Source: an uncultured Erysipelotrichales bacterium (lineage in GTDB: Bacteria; Bacillota_I; Bacilli_A; Erysipelotrichales; CAZWEF01). From it: a stretch of 64,000 nt of DNA. Below, in pieces: positions 9,809 through 19,203 of the stretch (positions are counted from its first letter, which is position 1; each line of letters opens with the position of its first letter). Both the position numbers and the translations under genes were made by a program. The notes under the pieces were generated by a model. The model made no database searches. It was not told the DNA's origin and saw only the letters and a program-made list of their open reading frames with translations. The DNA is taken from assembly GCA_964632125.1 (NCBI GenBank), contig CAZWEF010000002.1:13675-77674 (forward strand), read 5' to 3'.

Positions 9809-10986
9809 GTATCTAAAAAGTCACGTAAACGTTTAGAACGTGATGGATGCTTTAGTTTGCGTAAAGCTTTTGCTTCTATTTGTCGGATACGTTCACGGGT
9901 GACATTAAACTCTTTTCCCACTTCTTCAAGGGTACGCGTTCTACCATCAATCAAGCCAAAGCGTAAACGAAGAACCTGTTCCTCACGATCTGTTAATTCA
10001 AGCAACACTTCATTGAGTTCATCTTTTAACAATTCATTTGCTGCATAGTCACTTGGTGACATTGCATCTTTATCTTCAATAAAGTCACCTAAATGTGAGT
10101 CATCTTCTTCACCAATTGGTGTTTCAAGTGAAACAGGCTCTAATGCAATTTTTTGAATCTCTCTAACTTTTTCTGGTGTCATACCTTCCATTTTCTCAGC
10201 AATTTCTTCTGCAGAAGGATCACGACCAAGTTCTTGAACAAGTTGACGTTGAATGCGAGTTAATTTATTGATGGTTTCAACCATATGAACTGGAATTCGA
10301 ATGGTTCTTGCTTGGTCAGCAATGGCACGTGTAATGGCTTGACGAATCCACCAAGTAGCATATGTAGAGAATTTAAATCCCTTTGTATAGTCAAATTTCT
10401 CAACTGCTTTAATAAGCCCCATATTGCCCTCTTGAATCAAATCAAGGAACAACATGCCACGACCTACATAGCGTTTTGCAATAGAAACCACCAAACGAAG
10501 GTTTGCTGCTGCCAAACGTTTCTTAGCTTCATCATCCCCTTCTAAAATACGTTTTGCTAGTTCTACTTCTTCATCACTACTAAGCAAATCAACACGGCCA
10601 ATTTCTTTAAGGTACATTTTGACTGGGTCATTAATTTTTACATTACTTGATAAACTTGAGCTTTCGTCAAATGTCTCAGAATACAAATCAATTTCAAGTT
10701 CCTCTTCATCAATTTCCTCATCGTCTAAGACAAAATCATCTTCAATGACAACATCATCTCCTGAAATCTGAATGTCTTCTTCTTTAATCTCTTCAATTTC
10801 ATCTTCTTCAACTAGTTGAACACCTTTATCACGGCAATATTCAATTAACATCTCAAATGTTTGATCATCAAGATCCAAATGATCAATCCAGTCTGTTATC
10901 TGATACATGTAAACTTTACCTTCAAGTTTGTTTGTTTCTAATATCTTATCTTTAATATCTTCTAGACTCAGCAATACCTTTTTCAT
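9805..10986 (-). CDS. sigA: Primary RNA polymerase sigma factor SigA/RpoD
   Basis: Acidic region 1, region 2 ([27 protein letters not shown]), region 4 ([27 protein letters not shown]). dnaG-sigA synteny. Confidence 0.95.
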   Translation of the reverse strand: MKKVLLSLEDIKDKILETNKLEGKVYMYQITDWIDHLDLDDQTFEMLIEYCRDKGVQLVEEDEIEEIKEEDIQISGDDVVIEDDFVLDDEEIDEEELEIDLYSETFDESSSLSSNVKINDPVKMYLKEIGRVDLLSSDEEVELAKRILEGDDEAKKRLAAANLRLVVSIAKRYVGRGMLFLDLIQEGNMGLIKAVEKFDYTKGFKFSTYATWWIRQAITRAIADQARTIRIPVHMVETINKLTRIQRQLVQELGRDPSAEEIAEKMEGMTPEKVREIQKIALEPVSLETPIGEEDDSHLGDFIEDKDAMSPSDYAANELLKDELNEVLLELTDREEQVLRLRFGLIDGRTRTLEEVGKEFNVTRERIRQIEAKALRKLKHPSRSKRLRDFLDT

Positions 10987-10990
10987 ACGC

Positions 10991-12739
10991 TCACTCCTTT
11001 ATTTGTGTTTGAAGACCAGCAATTTGCATCGCAATCTTTAGTTTCTCTTCCTGGTTCATCGTTTGTCGTAATTGTTGTTGTAAATCCTCTATAGACATTT
11101 TTAAAGCATATCTTTTAATCACATGAATCAATTCGACCACAACTGTTTCATTCCATGCAGGGTCAAATGGGTAAAACTCTATACTTGTAATCAAATCAAT
11201 CATTCTTTGATCATCAATGTTTGTGAGCATCAAAGCAGTATTCATCGTATCATGATTAGCATAGTAGTCCATAATCAAGTTAGCAGCCTGACTATTTAAA
11301 TCAAAATACATAAATCCTAAATCTCTTTGATACAAGTCAGCTGCACGCTTAAAATGTAGCATTCGAAACAAGAGTTCTTTTTCAGCGCGTTCATACTTAG
11401 ATTCCATTTGCTTAACTGGTACAATAAAATCAGTCATCACTTCTTCATGTTTCGCAACTTGTTTTAAATAAGGCCTTAACGTTGATTCCTTAAATTTGGT
11501 TAGATTTGAAATGACCTCAATGTATTGATCAATTGCAAAATCATCGCCATATTGACTTAAATAGCCCATCATTTTAATGGCAAACTGTTTTAAATCATCA
11601 TGATTACTTGCATTAATTTTGCTGTATTCATGGGCTAAGAAAAAGTCCATGATATTCATCTTAGTATTCAATGCTTCAATAAACTTCTCACGCCCATGCC
11701 TATTCAAATACTCATCTGGATCAAGTTGCCCATCAAGCACTACTGCATGACAAGGAAACGAAACTGAACTAAAGGCTTCTAAAGCTTTGAGCGCGGCTTC
11801 TTTACCAGCACGGTCACCATCATAGACAATGATTACTTCTTTTGCATAACGCTTTATCTTTTGGATGTGTTCTTTAGTTAGTGCTGTCCCCATTGTTGCA
11901 ACAACATGTTCAATTCCAGCGCGATAGAAAGCAATCACATCCATGAATCCTTCAACTAAATAGACGATGCCTGTTTTTTTAATCATAGGCTTAGCAAGAT
12001 GTAGATGATAGAGCACTTGATTTTTTTTAAAGAGAACAGTCTCTGAAGTATTAACATACTTTGCTCCCTCAAGTTGTTGAATCAAACGACCACTAAATCC
12101 AATCACATAACCATGCTCATCTTGAATTGGAAACACAAGTCGGTGAATAAATCGAGGCACCAAATTACCATGACTACTGTAGTAAAGTAAATCAACATCC
12201 AATAAATCATTGGTTTTATCAAGCTTATTTAAATAAGACATTGTTGTTTGAATTGCTGGCGCATAACCAATCTTAAAATGATCAATTAGCGCTTTATCCA
12301 TATGTCGATCAGATAAATAGTTCATTGCATCCAATCCTTGACTGGTCGTCAAAATGTATTGAAAATAAGACGCAACTAAATCATTTATCTCATACAAATG
12401 CTTTGACTTTTCATAAATTGGATTAACAAAACTTTGTGTTTTTAAATCAGGCAAATCTAATCCAGCATAATCTGACACAACCTTCAATGCTTCAACAAAT
12501 GATACTTTTTGATAATTTTGAACAAAAGTAAAGACATTACCACCTGCACCACAAACAAAACACTTATATATTTGCTTATCTGTTGAAATAGATAATGATG
12601 GATTTGAATCCGCATGAAAAGGACAAATTGCAACAAAATTCTTACCTTTTTTTTGAACAGAGATATAATGGCGAATAACGTCAACTATATCGACTTGGTT
12701 TTTAATTGACTCAATCGTATCATGACTTATTTTTGCCAC
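10991..12739 (-). CDS. dnaG: DNA primase DnaG
   Basis: Zinc ribbon [14 protein letters not shown]...[11 protein letters not shown] and TOPRIM (EGFMDVI...DGDRAG). GTG start at 12739 with AGGAGGG upstream. Confidence 0.95.
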   Translation of the reverse strand: MAKISHDTIESIKNQVDIVDVIRHYISVQKKGKNFVAICPFHADSNPSLSISTDKQIYKCFVCGAGGNVFTFVQNYQKVSFVEALKVVSDYAGLDLPDLKTQSFVNPIYEKSKHLYEINDLVASYFQYILTTSQGLDAMNYLSDRHMDKALIDHFKIGYAPAIQTTMSYLNKLDKTNDLLDVDLLYYSSHGNLVPRFIHRLVFPIQDEHGYVIGFSGRLIQQLEGAKYVNTSETVLFKKNQVLYHLHLAKPMIKKTGIVYLVEGFMDVIAFYRAGIEHVVATMGTALTKEHIQKIKRYAKEVIIVYDGDRAGKEAALKALEAFSSVSFPCHAVVLDGQLDPDEYLNRHGREKFIEALNTKMNIMDFFLAHEYSKINASNHDDLKQFAIKMMGYLSQYGDDFAIDQYIEVISNLTKFKESTLRPYLKQVAKHEEVMTDFIVPVKQMESKYERAEKELLFRMLHFKRAADLYQRDLGFMYFDLNSQAANLIMDYYANHDTMNTALMLTNIDDQRMIDLITSIEFYPFDPAWNETVVVELIHVIKRYALKMSIEDLQQQLRQTMNQEEKLKIAMQIAGLQTQIKE

Positions 12740-12750
12740 CTGACGCCCTC

Positions 12751-14124
12751 CTAGAAAGCAATTTTATTGTTTATATATGTAACTAAATCCTCAATTGCAA
12801 CGCGTTCTTGTAGCATTGTGTCACGATCACGAACAGTAACGCAGTTATCAACACTTGTTTCAAAGTCAATGGTAATACACATTGGTGTCCCAACAGCATC
12901 TTGACGACGATAACGTTTCCCAATGTTACCAGCTTCATCATAATCAACCATAAAGTGTTTTGACAACATTGTAAACACATCACTTGCCATGTCAGATAAT
13001 TGCTTAGATAGTGGTAACACTGCAGCTTTAAATGGCGCTAAGAACGGGTGAATAGATAAAACTTGACGCACATCCCCTTCCTTGATTTCTTCTTCACGAT
13101 AGGCATCAGAGAGAACGGTTAAAAATAAACGATTAAGCCCAAGTGATGGTTCAATACAATGAGGAATGTATTTTTCATTGGTTTCTGGATCTAAATACTC
13201 CATACTTTTTTTACTATAAATCATGTGTTGCTTTAAATCATAATCAGTCCGATTGGCAATACCCCAAAGTTCTCCCCATCCCATTGGAAATAAATATTCA
13301 ATATCACAAGTTGCAGTTGAATAATGAGACAATTCCTCTTGAGCATGATGACGAATTCTCAAATGATCTTTGTTGACATGAAGATCAACCAAAAACTGTT
13401 GGCAATAATCTGTCCAATACTGATACCACTCACCACCTTTATCAGGTTGACAAAAGAATTCAAGTTCCATTTGTTCAAACTCTCTTGTTCTAAAGATAAA
13501 GTTACCTGGTGTAATTTCATTACGAAACGATTTACCAACTTGCCCTATACCAAATGGTAACTTTTTACGAGATGTTCTTAAGACATTCTTAAAATTAACG
13601 AAAATACCTTGAGCCGTTTCAGGTCTCAAATAAACCACATTCCCCTTTTCTTCTAAAACACCCATGTGCGTTTTAAACATCAAATGAAACTGACGAATTT
13701 CTGTAAATTCTTTGCTTTTACATTTTGGACACGCAATGCCATGTTCTTGAATAAACACTTCCATCTGCTTGTTAGACCACCCTGCTGGGTTCACAGTCGC
13801 ATCAAACGCTTCAATCAAATGATCAGCACGATGACGTGTTCCACATTGTTTACAGTCCATTAATGGGTCAGAAAACCCACCAACATGGCCTGAAGCTTCC
13901 CAAACACGAGGGTTCATTAAAATGGCAGCATCCACACCAACATTGTAACGAGACTCTTGAATGAACTTTTTCCACCAAGCTTTAGCTAAGTTGTTTTTAA
14001 GTTCAACCCCTAAAGGACCATAATCCCAACTATTTGCAAGGCCATCATAAATCTCTGACCCTTGGTAAACAAACCCTTGACTCTTTGCATAGGCAACTAA
14101 CTGTGCCATATCTTTAAAACTCAT
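12751..14124 (-). CDS. glyQS: Glycine--tRNA ligase, homodimeric GlyQS type
   Basis: 457 aa. Class II motifs ([25 protein letters not shown]; GIGxxR-like) and N-terminal [24 protein letters not shown]. Confidence 0.95.
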   Translation of the reverse strand: MSFKDMAQLVAYAKSQGFVYQGSEIYDGLANSWDYGPLGVELKNNLAKAWWKKFIQESRYNVGVDAAILMNPRVWEASGHVGGFSDPLMDCKQCGTRHRADHLIEAFDATVNPAGWSNKQMEVFIQEHGIACPKCKSKEFTEIRQFHLMFKTHMGVLEEKGNVVYLRPETAQGIFVNFKNVLRTSRKKLPFGIGQVGKSFRNEITPGNFIFRTREFEQMELEFFCQPDKGGEWYQYWTDYCQQFLVDLHVNKDHLRIRHHAQEELSHYSTATCDIEYLFPMGWGELWGIANRTDYDLKQHMIYSKKSMEYLDPETNEKYIPHCIEPSLGLNRLFLTVLSDAYREEEIKEGDVRQVLSIHPFLAPFKAAVLPLSKQLSDMASDVFTMLSKHFMVDYDEAGNIGKRYRRQDAVGTPMCITIDFETSVDNCVTVRDRDTMLQERVAIEDLVTYINNKIAF

Positions 14125-14180
14125 ATTTCCACACCTTTCAAATTTAAAAAGCCCAATTAGGGCATCGTGATTGTAAACTT

Positions 14181-14209
14181 ATTGTATTACTTAACACGCA
14201 CTTTGTCAA
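14181..14209 (-). promoter_or_regulatory. SigA-type promoter for glyQS (TTGACA-17 nt-TACAAT)
   Basis: Minus strand: TTGACA (14209-14204), a 17-nt spacer, TACAAT (14186-14181). The resulting 5' UTR is about 50 nt. Confidence 0.55.
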
Positions 14210-14222
14210 GCAACCATAAGTG

Positions 14223-14933
14223 TTATACTAGTTTCTTAATCACATCATAACTGCTTAAACGTGTATGTGCATGTAACTCATAAAATGATATGAGTGCATC
14301 GACTACTTTTTCATCAACATCAATATCTTTCCCTTTAGCTACATGTAAAATCGCTTTAGACTGAGTTAAATTAAGTGGCGCTAGTTCTCCTTTAAACCGA
14401 CAATCAATACACAAATAGCCCCCTTTAGCGACACTAAAGCCAATCAACTTTGTTGTCTTACCACATACCACACAACCGCTTAATTGTGGTTCAATACCAA
14501 GTATTTTTAAAAGATAAAAAAAGGCATGCGCTACATGAAAATATAGCCGATCATTTTTATTTAAAGCATGTATCGTTTTTAAAAGAACATGAAAACTAGT
14601 TGCATCAGGTTGGTTTTCTGCAAAACTAAGTAGGAAAGCTTGACCAACAACACAAGCATAACCATACTGCACAAATGAATCCATTAAATGGATATGCCCA
14701 TCTATTAGTGTGGCACGAACCAATTTCATCTTACCGTTAGTCTCATTTACGTCAATTTCAAATTGAGATAAACAAAGCAACTCCAAACCTATACGATTTT
14801 TAGAAGCTATTTTTTGGACACCTTTGCAATGAATCGAAAGTTTACCATACAAATCACTCAAGATGTCAACAAATGCATCAGCATCATAAACAGGTTTATG
14901 ACTAAGGACAATGCCTTGTGTCTCGATTCTCAT
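14223..14933 (-). CDS. recO: DNA repair protein RecO
   Basis: OB-fold N-terminus and zinc motif CVVCGK...CIDC. era-recO synteny. Confidence 0.85.
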   Translation of the reverse strand: MRIETQGIVLSHKPVYDADAFVDILSDLYGKLSIHCKGVQKIASKNRIGLELLCLSQFEIDVNETNGKMKLVRATLIDGHIHLMDSFVQYGYACVVGQAFLLSFAENQPDATSFHVLLKTIHALNKNDRLYFHVAHAFFYLLKILGIEPQLSGCVVCGKTTKLIGFSVAKGGYLCIDCRFKGELAPLNLTQSKAILHVAKGKDIDVDEKVVDALISFYELHAHTRLSSYDVIKKLV

Positions 14934-15826
14934 TAAAAGTTATCTTCTTGATAGGCATATTCTTTCAAATACTTCTTTTTATTACGCCAATCTTTTTCAT
15001 CTTTTACATATAACTCTAAATAAACAGACTTTTGAAAAACCCTTCTTAAATCACGTTGTGCTAAAACTCTAATTTGTTTAATCATTTGACCTTGCTTACC
15101 AATGACAATACCTTTTTGAGATTTTCTTTCAACCACAATACTTGCAATGATTTCCATTTGTTCTTCTCCATCTTGCATTTGATCAATCACAACTGCTACT
15201 GAATGAGGAATCTCTTCTTCTGTTAGATAGAGCACTTTTTCTCTAACGATTTCTGAAACCAAGAAACGTTCATTATAATTCATAATTTGATCATCTGGAA
15301 AGTATTTAGGTCCAACTTCTAAGTAAGGAGCAATAAGCGCCTCTAGCTCAGTTAAATTAGACTGCATGGTTGAACTTATCCCAATTGCATGTGTAAATGG
15401 ATGGTGGTTCATCCACTCATCTATTTTTGCTTGAACGTCACCACCAAGATCGCATTTTGTTATCACTAAAACAACTGGTACTTGAACCATTTTTATACGT
15501 TCTAAAATAAACAAATCACCAGCACCAATTGCTTCATTTATTGGTGCTAAAAACAACACAACATCTCCATCATAAAGCGCACTATATGCTTGCTTATTCA
15601 TTGATTCCCCTAATTGATGTTTGGGTTTATGAATACCAGGTGTATCAACAAAAACGATTTGATAATCATCAGTTGTTACAACACCTTGAATGGTATTTCT
15701 TGTTGTTTGCGCACGATCAGAAGTAATCGCTATTTTTTGTTTTACTAAAGCATTAATTAATGTAGACTTACCAACATTAGGTCGTCCTACAATAGATACA
15801 AATCCCGAATGAAACACATTGATCAT
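14933..15826 (-). CDS. era: GTPase Era
   Basis: G1 GRPNVGKST, DTPG, TKCD, and a C-terminal KH domain (VVERKSQKGIVIGKQG). Confidence 0.95.
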   Translation of the reverse strand: MINVFHSGFVSIVGRPNVGKSTLINALVKQKIAITSDRAQTTRNTIQGVVTTDDYQIVFVDTPGIHKPKHQLGESMNKQAYSALYDGDVVLFLAPINEAIGAGDLFILERIKMVQVPVVLVITKCDLGGDVQAKIDEWMNHHPFTHAIGISSTMQSNLTELEALIAPYLEVGPKYFPDDQIMNYNERFLVSEIVREKVLYLTEEEIPHSVAVVIDQMQDGEEQMEIIASIVVERKSQKGIVIGKQGQMIKQIRVLAQRDLRRVFQKSVYLELYVKDEKDWRNKKKYLKEYAYQEDNF

Positions 15827-16191
15827 CCTTTCACTAAGTATGGTAAAAACACCAATAATCCAACAATCATGGCAATCACAACACTTACAAGTACTGAACC
15901 AGCAGCTAAATCTTTGATGTGACCCACACGTTCATCAATGTTTGGATGAATAAAATCCATGATGTCTTCTACAACCGTGTTTAGCATTTCACTAACTAAA
16001 ACCAAACCAATCACTATCACAAGCAATGCCCATTCAATTGCTTTGACTTTAAACCAAATAGCAACAGCCACCACAATTAAGGCAAAAAAGCATTGAAAGC
16101 GAAAATGTGATTCACGAACAAATCCGTATACAATCCCTTTTAACGAGCACTTGAAACGAAACCACTCTTTACCTTTTGATGTTGGCTTCAT
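15823..16191 (-). CDS. dgkA: Diacylglycerol kinase / undecaprenol kinase (DgkA family)
   Basis: 122 aa, 3 TM helices, SEMLNTVVEDIMD motif (ExxNTAIExxVD-like). ybeY-dgkA-era synteny. Confidence 0.8.
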   Translation of the reverse strand: MKPTSKGKEWFRFKCSLKGIVYGFVRESHFRFQCFFALIVVAVAIWFKVKAIEWALLVIVIGLVLVSEMLNTVVEDIMDFIHPNIDERVGHIKDLAAGSVLVSVVIAMIVGLLVFLPYLVKG

Positions 16192-16630
16192 TTAAGATTT
16201 CCTCTTGGAGACTAATCATTTTTTGTTCATCCACCTTTGTTTGATGATCATAGCCAAGTAGATGGAGCATCCCATGAACAAATAAAAAGGCCATTTCTCG
16301 TTTTAATGAATGTTCATACTGAACTGCTTGTTCCTGCGCTTTATCAAAGCAAATCATGATATCTCCAAGTGTCGTAACAAAATCATCAGGTAGCACAAAT
16401 GCATCAGGTTCATCATTAAAAGCAAAGCTAATCACATCTGTTGGTTGGTCAATACCACGGTATGACTTATTAATCTCTTGTATGGTTGCAAGTGAAACAA
16501 TGGTTACTGAAACTTCGCATTTCTTATTTAATTGTTGTTGTTGAACAATCAATTGAAGCAATTCTTTGAATAACGTTTCATAGTCATCCTGCAATGCATC
16601 AACTTGATTTTCATAAGCTAATTCAATCAT
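16169..16630 (-). CDS. ybeY: rRNA maturation endoribonuclease YbeY
   Basis: Metal-binding motif HGMLHLLGYDH, ~150 aa. Confidence 0.9.
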   Translation of the reverse strand: MIELAYENQVDALQDDYETLFKELLQLIVQQQQLNKKCEVSVTIVSLATIQEINKSYRGIDQPTDVISFAFNDEPDAFVLPDDFVTTLGDIMICFDKAQEQAVQYEHSLKREMAFLFVHGMLHLLGYDHQTKVDEQKMISLQEEILNEANIKR

Positions 16631-16684
16631 TTTATCACCAACATCATTATACCAAAAGCAAGCTTTTATTTAAAGTAATAGTTC

Positions 16685-17053
16685 TCAAGTATGAAACAAT
16701 TTCTTCAAGACATTCACAATCCAAGGACTAGTCTCTCCAGAAAAGACAACAAGAACTGGAAATTGTTGAAACTTACTTGCATAATGTTCAACATAGATGG
16801 TGATAGGATATAAGATAGCTTCTTCAATATATGGTTCTGTCTCAATCGTTTCAATCACACCACTGTAAGTTGTTTTATCAATAACGATTGTCACTTTTTG
16901 ATTGAGTTGCAATAACATAATCGTTGTGGGATTTACATAACAAGAAACTTTTTGGTCACTCATGACACACGTTGTTTTTTGTGTTGATGTTTTAGGTACA
17001 AACCAGACAACCATCACAACAATCATCACAATAAATAGGATGATTTTACGCAT
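16685..17053 (-). CDS. Small single-pass membrane protein, possible minimal HlyD/ComB-type accessory (beta-barrel part only)
   Basis: N-terminal TM helix KIILFIVMIVVMVVWFV. The beta-rich remainder (VTIVIDKTTYSGVIETIETEP...YPITIYVEH...VLVVFSGETSPWIVNVLKKLF) looks like the C-terminal segment of HlyD-family proteins. Its start overlaps the stop of the upstream ABC gene by 8 nt. Confidence 0.5.
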   Translation of the reverse strand: MRKIILFIVMIVVMVVWFVPKTSTQKTTCVMSDQKVSCYVNPTTIMLLQLNQKVTIVIDKTTYSGVIETIETEPYIEEAILYPITIYVEHYASKFQQFPVLVVFSGETSPWIVNVLKKLFHT

Positions 17054-19082
17054 ACGATGCCTCTAATGATTGGGTTTTGAACCCATCTAAATGCTTGTAT
17101 CGATGAGAGATTATGATGATTATTTTGTTGTGATATAGTCTCAATAACCCTGCTATGATGGTTTGTTCAAAAGATTGATCCAACATCGAAGTTGCCTCAT
17201 CCAGTATTAATACATCATAGGAATGCATAAGAAATCGTAATAGATGAATCAATTGTTTTTGTCCATTTGATAACTCTTGTCCTGATTGATGCAACACATA
17301 GTCTAAATCAAGGGGTCCTTTAATAAAAAGTGCCTCTAGCTTAAAAAAACGAATCAATTGGTATAACCGTTGAATTTGATTACTTCCCAATAAGATATTA
17401 TCTTTGATACTGCCCTTAAACAAATACCCGGTTGATTGAATATATCCTATTTTAGATGTGATACTACCTTCATCATAATTTAAATAATCCACTTCATTGA
17501 ATAAGATATAGCCTTTCTGAGGCTTAACTTCTTGAAGCAAAAGCTTCATCAATGTTGTCTTCCCTTTTCCTGAAGGCGCATTAAATAGCACATGTCCATC
17601 AATAACCATGTTTAAATTTGATAAAACTGGTTCTCCCTGATTATAGGTAAAGAAGACTTGATTAAGTTCAATGCATTTAATGGATGGTAATTTAAATGAC
17701 TGATGACTTTTTGTTTCAAGCAACAACATATAAACCTCATGTCCTTTTTTCGCCCCCTCTAAACCATCCTTAAGTCCCAATATTGCATTTAAGTGCATCA
17801 TCATCATTTGATTCAACAACAACACAAATATAATATGACCGATTGTCCTTTTACCAAGTATCAGATCATAATAAAGAATCGCTATTAAAACAAGCGTTGC
17901 CATACCTTGAACCCATTGTTTTACTTGACTTAACCCTAAACCAAACAACCCTAGTTTTATATAAGCTTCTTGTAATTGACTAAATGATTGCTTCAGTTTT
18001 TGACTAAGGTACATTTGACCCCCTGAATACCCTAATGTTGTCGCACCCTCATAAGATTGATGCAGTCTCAATTGATAAGACGATTCAAGTGGCATCATTT
18101 TCATTTGCTTATGCTTTAATGACTTATGGGCAACTCTAACCACAAGCATTTGAAGTGACAACAACACAAGTAGAATCAATGATAAATAAGCATCAGTCAT
18201 GAACAAAATGATGCATAAGGCAGCAAAGGTTAAAAGATCAACACTAATGACGCCAATCAATGATAAGATGAACTGCTTTAAACGATCCAAATAGTCATGC
18301 CAAAACATAAAGTCTCCAACATGATTTTTATCAAAAAAGGAAGCTCTTTTTTTGATATGCGCAAGTTTTGCATGCAAAAAATAATCATCATCAAACTGTT
18401 TATATAAATCCATCATTAAGCTCCCTTTAATCCACTGAATGATTTGACCACTACTGAATAAAAGGCTTATACTCAAAAACATTTCAAGATAGGGTTTTAA
18501 TGACTGAAACTGTGTTAAATCATCCATGATCATCGTTTGGTAGTTTGTCACGATGATTTGTAAAAGGACCACAAGACTAGATAGGAGGAATGTTGTTAAA
18601 ATGATTTTATATTCTTTTAAAATAATATCTAGGATAAAACCAATAAACTTATGTGACTTACTGCGTACACATGCATCTCCATCAGTTTCAATCACAATGC
18701 CTGTCCATATCTCCATAAATCCAGATTGTTTCATGTTCAAAAGACGAGTTGAAGGGTCTGCAAACACAATTCTTTTCTTTGACATCTTGTAAATGACAAC
18801 ATAATGCATTTGTCCATTGATGACAACATGTGCAATCATAGGTTGCTTAAATAACTGTAACAATTCTTCATAACTCCCTTTTAATGCACGACACTTCACT
18901 TGATAAACTGTGAGTGTTTGAATCATTTGTTCAATGGAAATGCCAGTCTTTTTTAACGTCATCTGTTGTTCAATTTCATAATCATGAACCATAACACCAT
19001 AATAAGCAAGAATCATACGAATACATGCGATACCACAACTATTTTGTTTGGTTTGATAGATAAATGGAAATCGTTTAAACAT
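17046..19082 (-). CDS. Peptidase-C39-containing ABC transporter (PCAT; bacteriocin/peptide-processing exporter type)
   Basis: N-terminal C39 motif QTKQNSCGIACIRMIL with downstream HYVVIY...FADP, a TM domain, Walker A APSGKGKTT, signature LSNGQKQ, Walker B VLILDEATS, H-loop ISHR. SD AGGTGA upstream of ATG 19082. Confidence 0.85.
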   Translation of the reverse strand: MFKRFPFIYQTKQNSCGIACIRMILAYYGVMVHDYEIEQQMTLKKTGISIEQMIQTLTVYQVKCRALKGSYEELLQLFKQPMIAHVVINGQMHYVVIYKMSKKRIVFADPSTRLLNMKQSGFMEIWTGIVIETDGDACVRSKSHKFIGFILDIILKEYKIILTTFLLSSLVVLLQIIVTNYQTMIMDDLTQFQSLKPYLEMFLSISLLFSSGQIIQWIKGSLMMDLYKQFDDDYFLHAKLAHIKKRASFFDKNHVGDFMFWHDYLDRLKQFILSLIGVISVDLLTFAALCIILFMTDAYLSLILLVLLSLQMLVVRVAHKSLKHKQMKMMPLESSYQLRLHQSYEGATTLGYSGGQMYLSQKLKQSFSQLQEAYIKLGLFGLGLSQVKQWVQGMATLVLIAILYYDLILGKRTIGHIIFVLLLNQMMMMHLNAILGLKDGLEGAKKGHEVYMLLLETKSHQSFKLPSIKCIELNQVFFTYNQGEPVLSNLNMVIDGHVLFNAPSGKGKTTLMKLLLQEVKPQKGYILFNEVDYLNYDEGSITSKIGYIQSTGYLFKGSIKDNILLGSNQIQRLYQLIRFFKLEALFIKGPLDLDYVLHQSGQELSNGQKQLIHLLRFLMHSYDVLILDEATSMLDQSFEQTIIAGLLRLYHNKIIIIISHRYKHLDGFKTQSLEASYA

Positions 19083-19133
19083 TGTATCACCTATTAGATA
19101 TTCGCATTCAAGATCAAGTTTCCTTTATTTAAT

Positions 19134-19181
19134 TGTTAATTTTCTGTTAAAAATATAGTCACAAGATTAAATTACTGTTAA
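19134..19181. promoter_or_regulatory. Three TGTTAA hexamers (TTAACA on the other strand), two spaced 11 bp apart; Pho-box-like elements upstream of the Na/Pi transporter
   Basis: TGTTAA at 19134-19139, 19145-19150 and 19176-19181. The last two lie within a 9-nt direct repeat CTGTTAAAA (19144-19152, 19175-19183). A TATAGT -10-like hexamer is at 19154-19159. Confidence 0.35.
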
Positions 19182-19203
19182 AATTAATATGAGGGGGAAT
19201 AAA

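Noticed and set aside
14125-14222. A T-box riboswitch expected upstream of glyQS.
   Set aside because: Only 98 bp are available. There is no specifier-loop, AG-bay or T-box (AAUUAGGGUGGNACCGCG-like) sequence. This is reported as an absence, not a feature.
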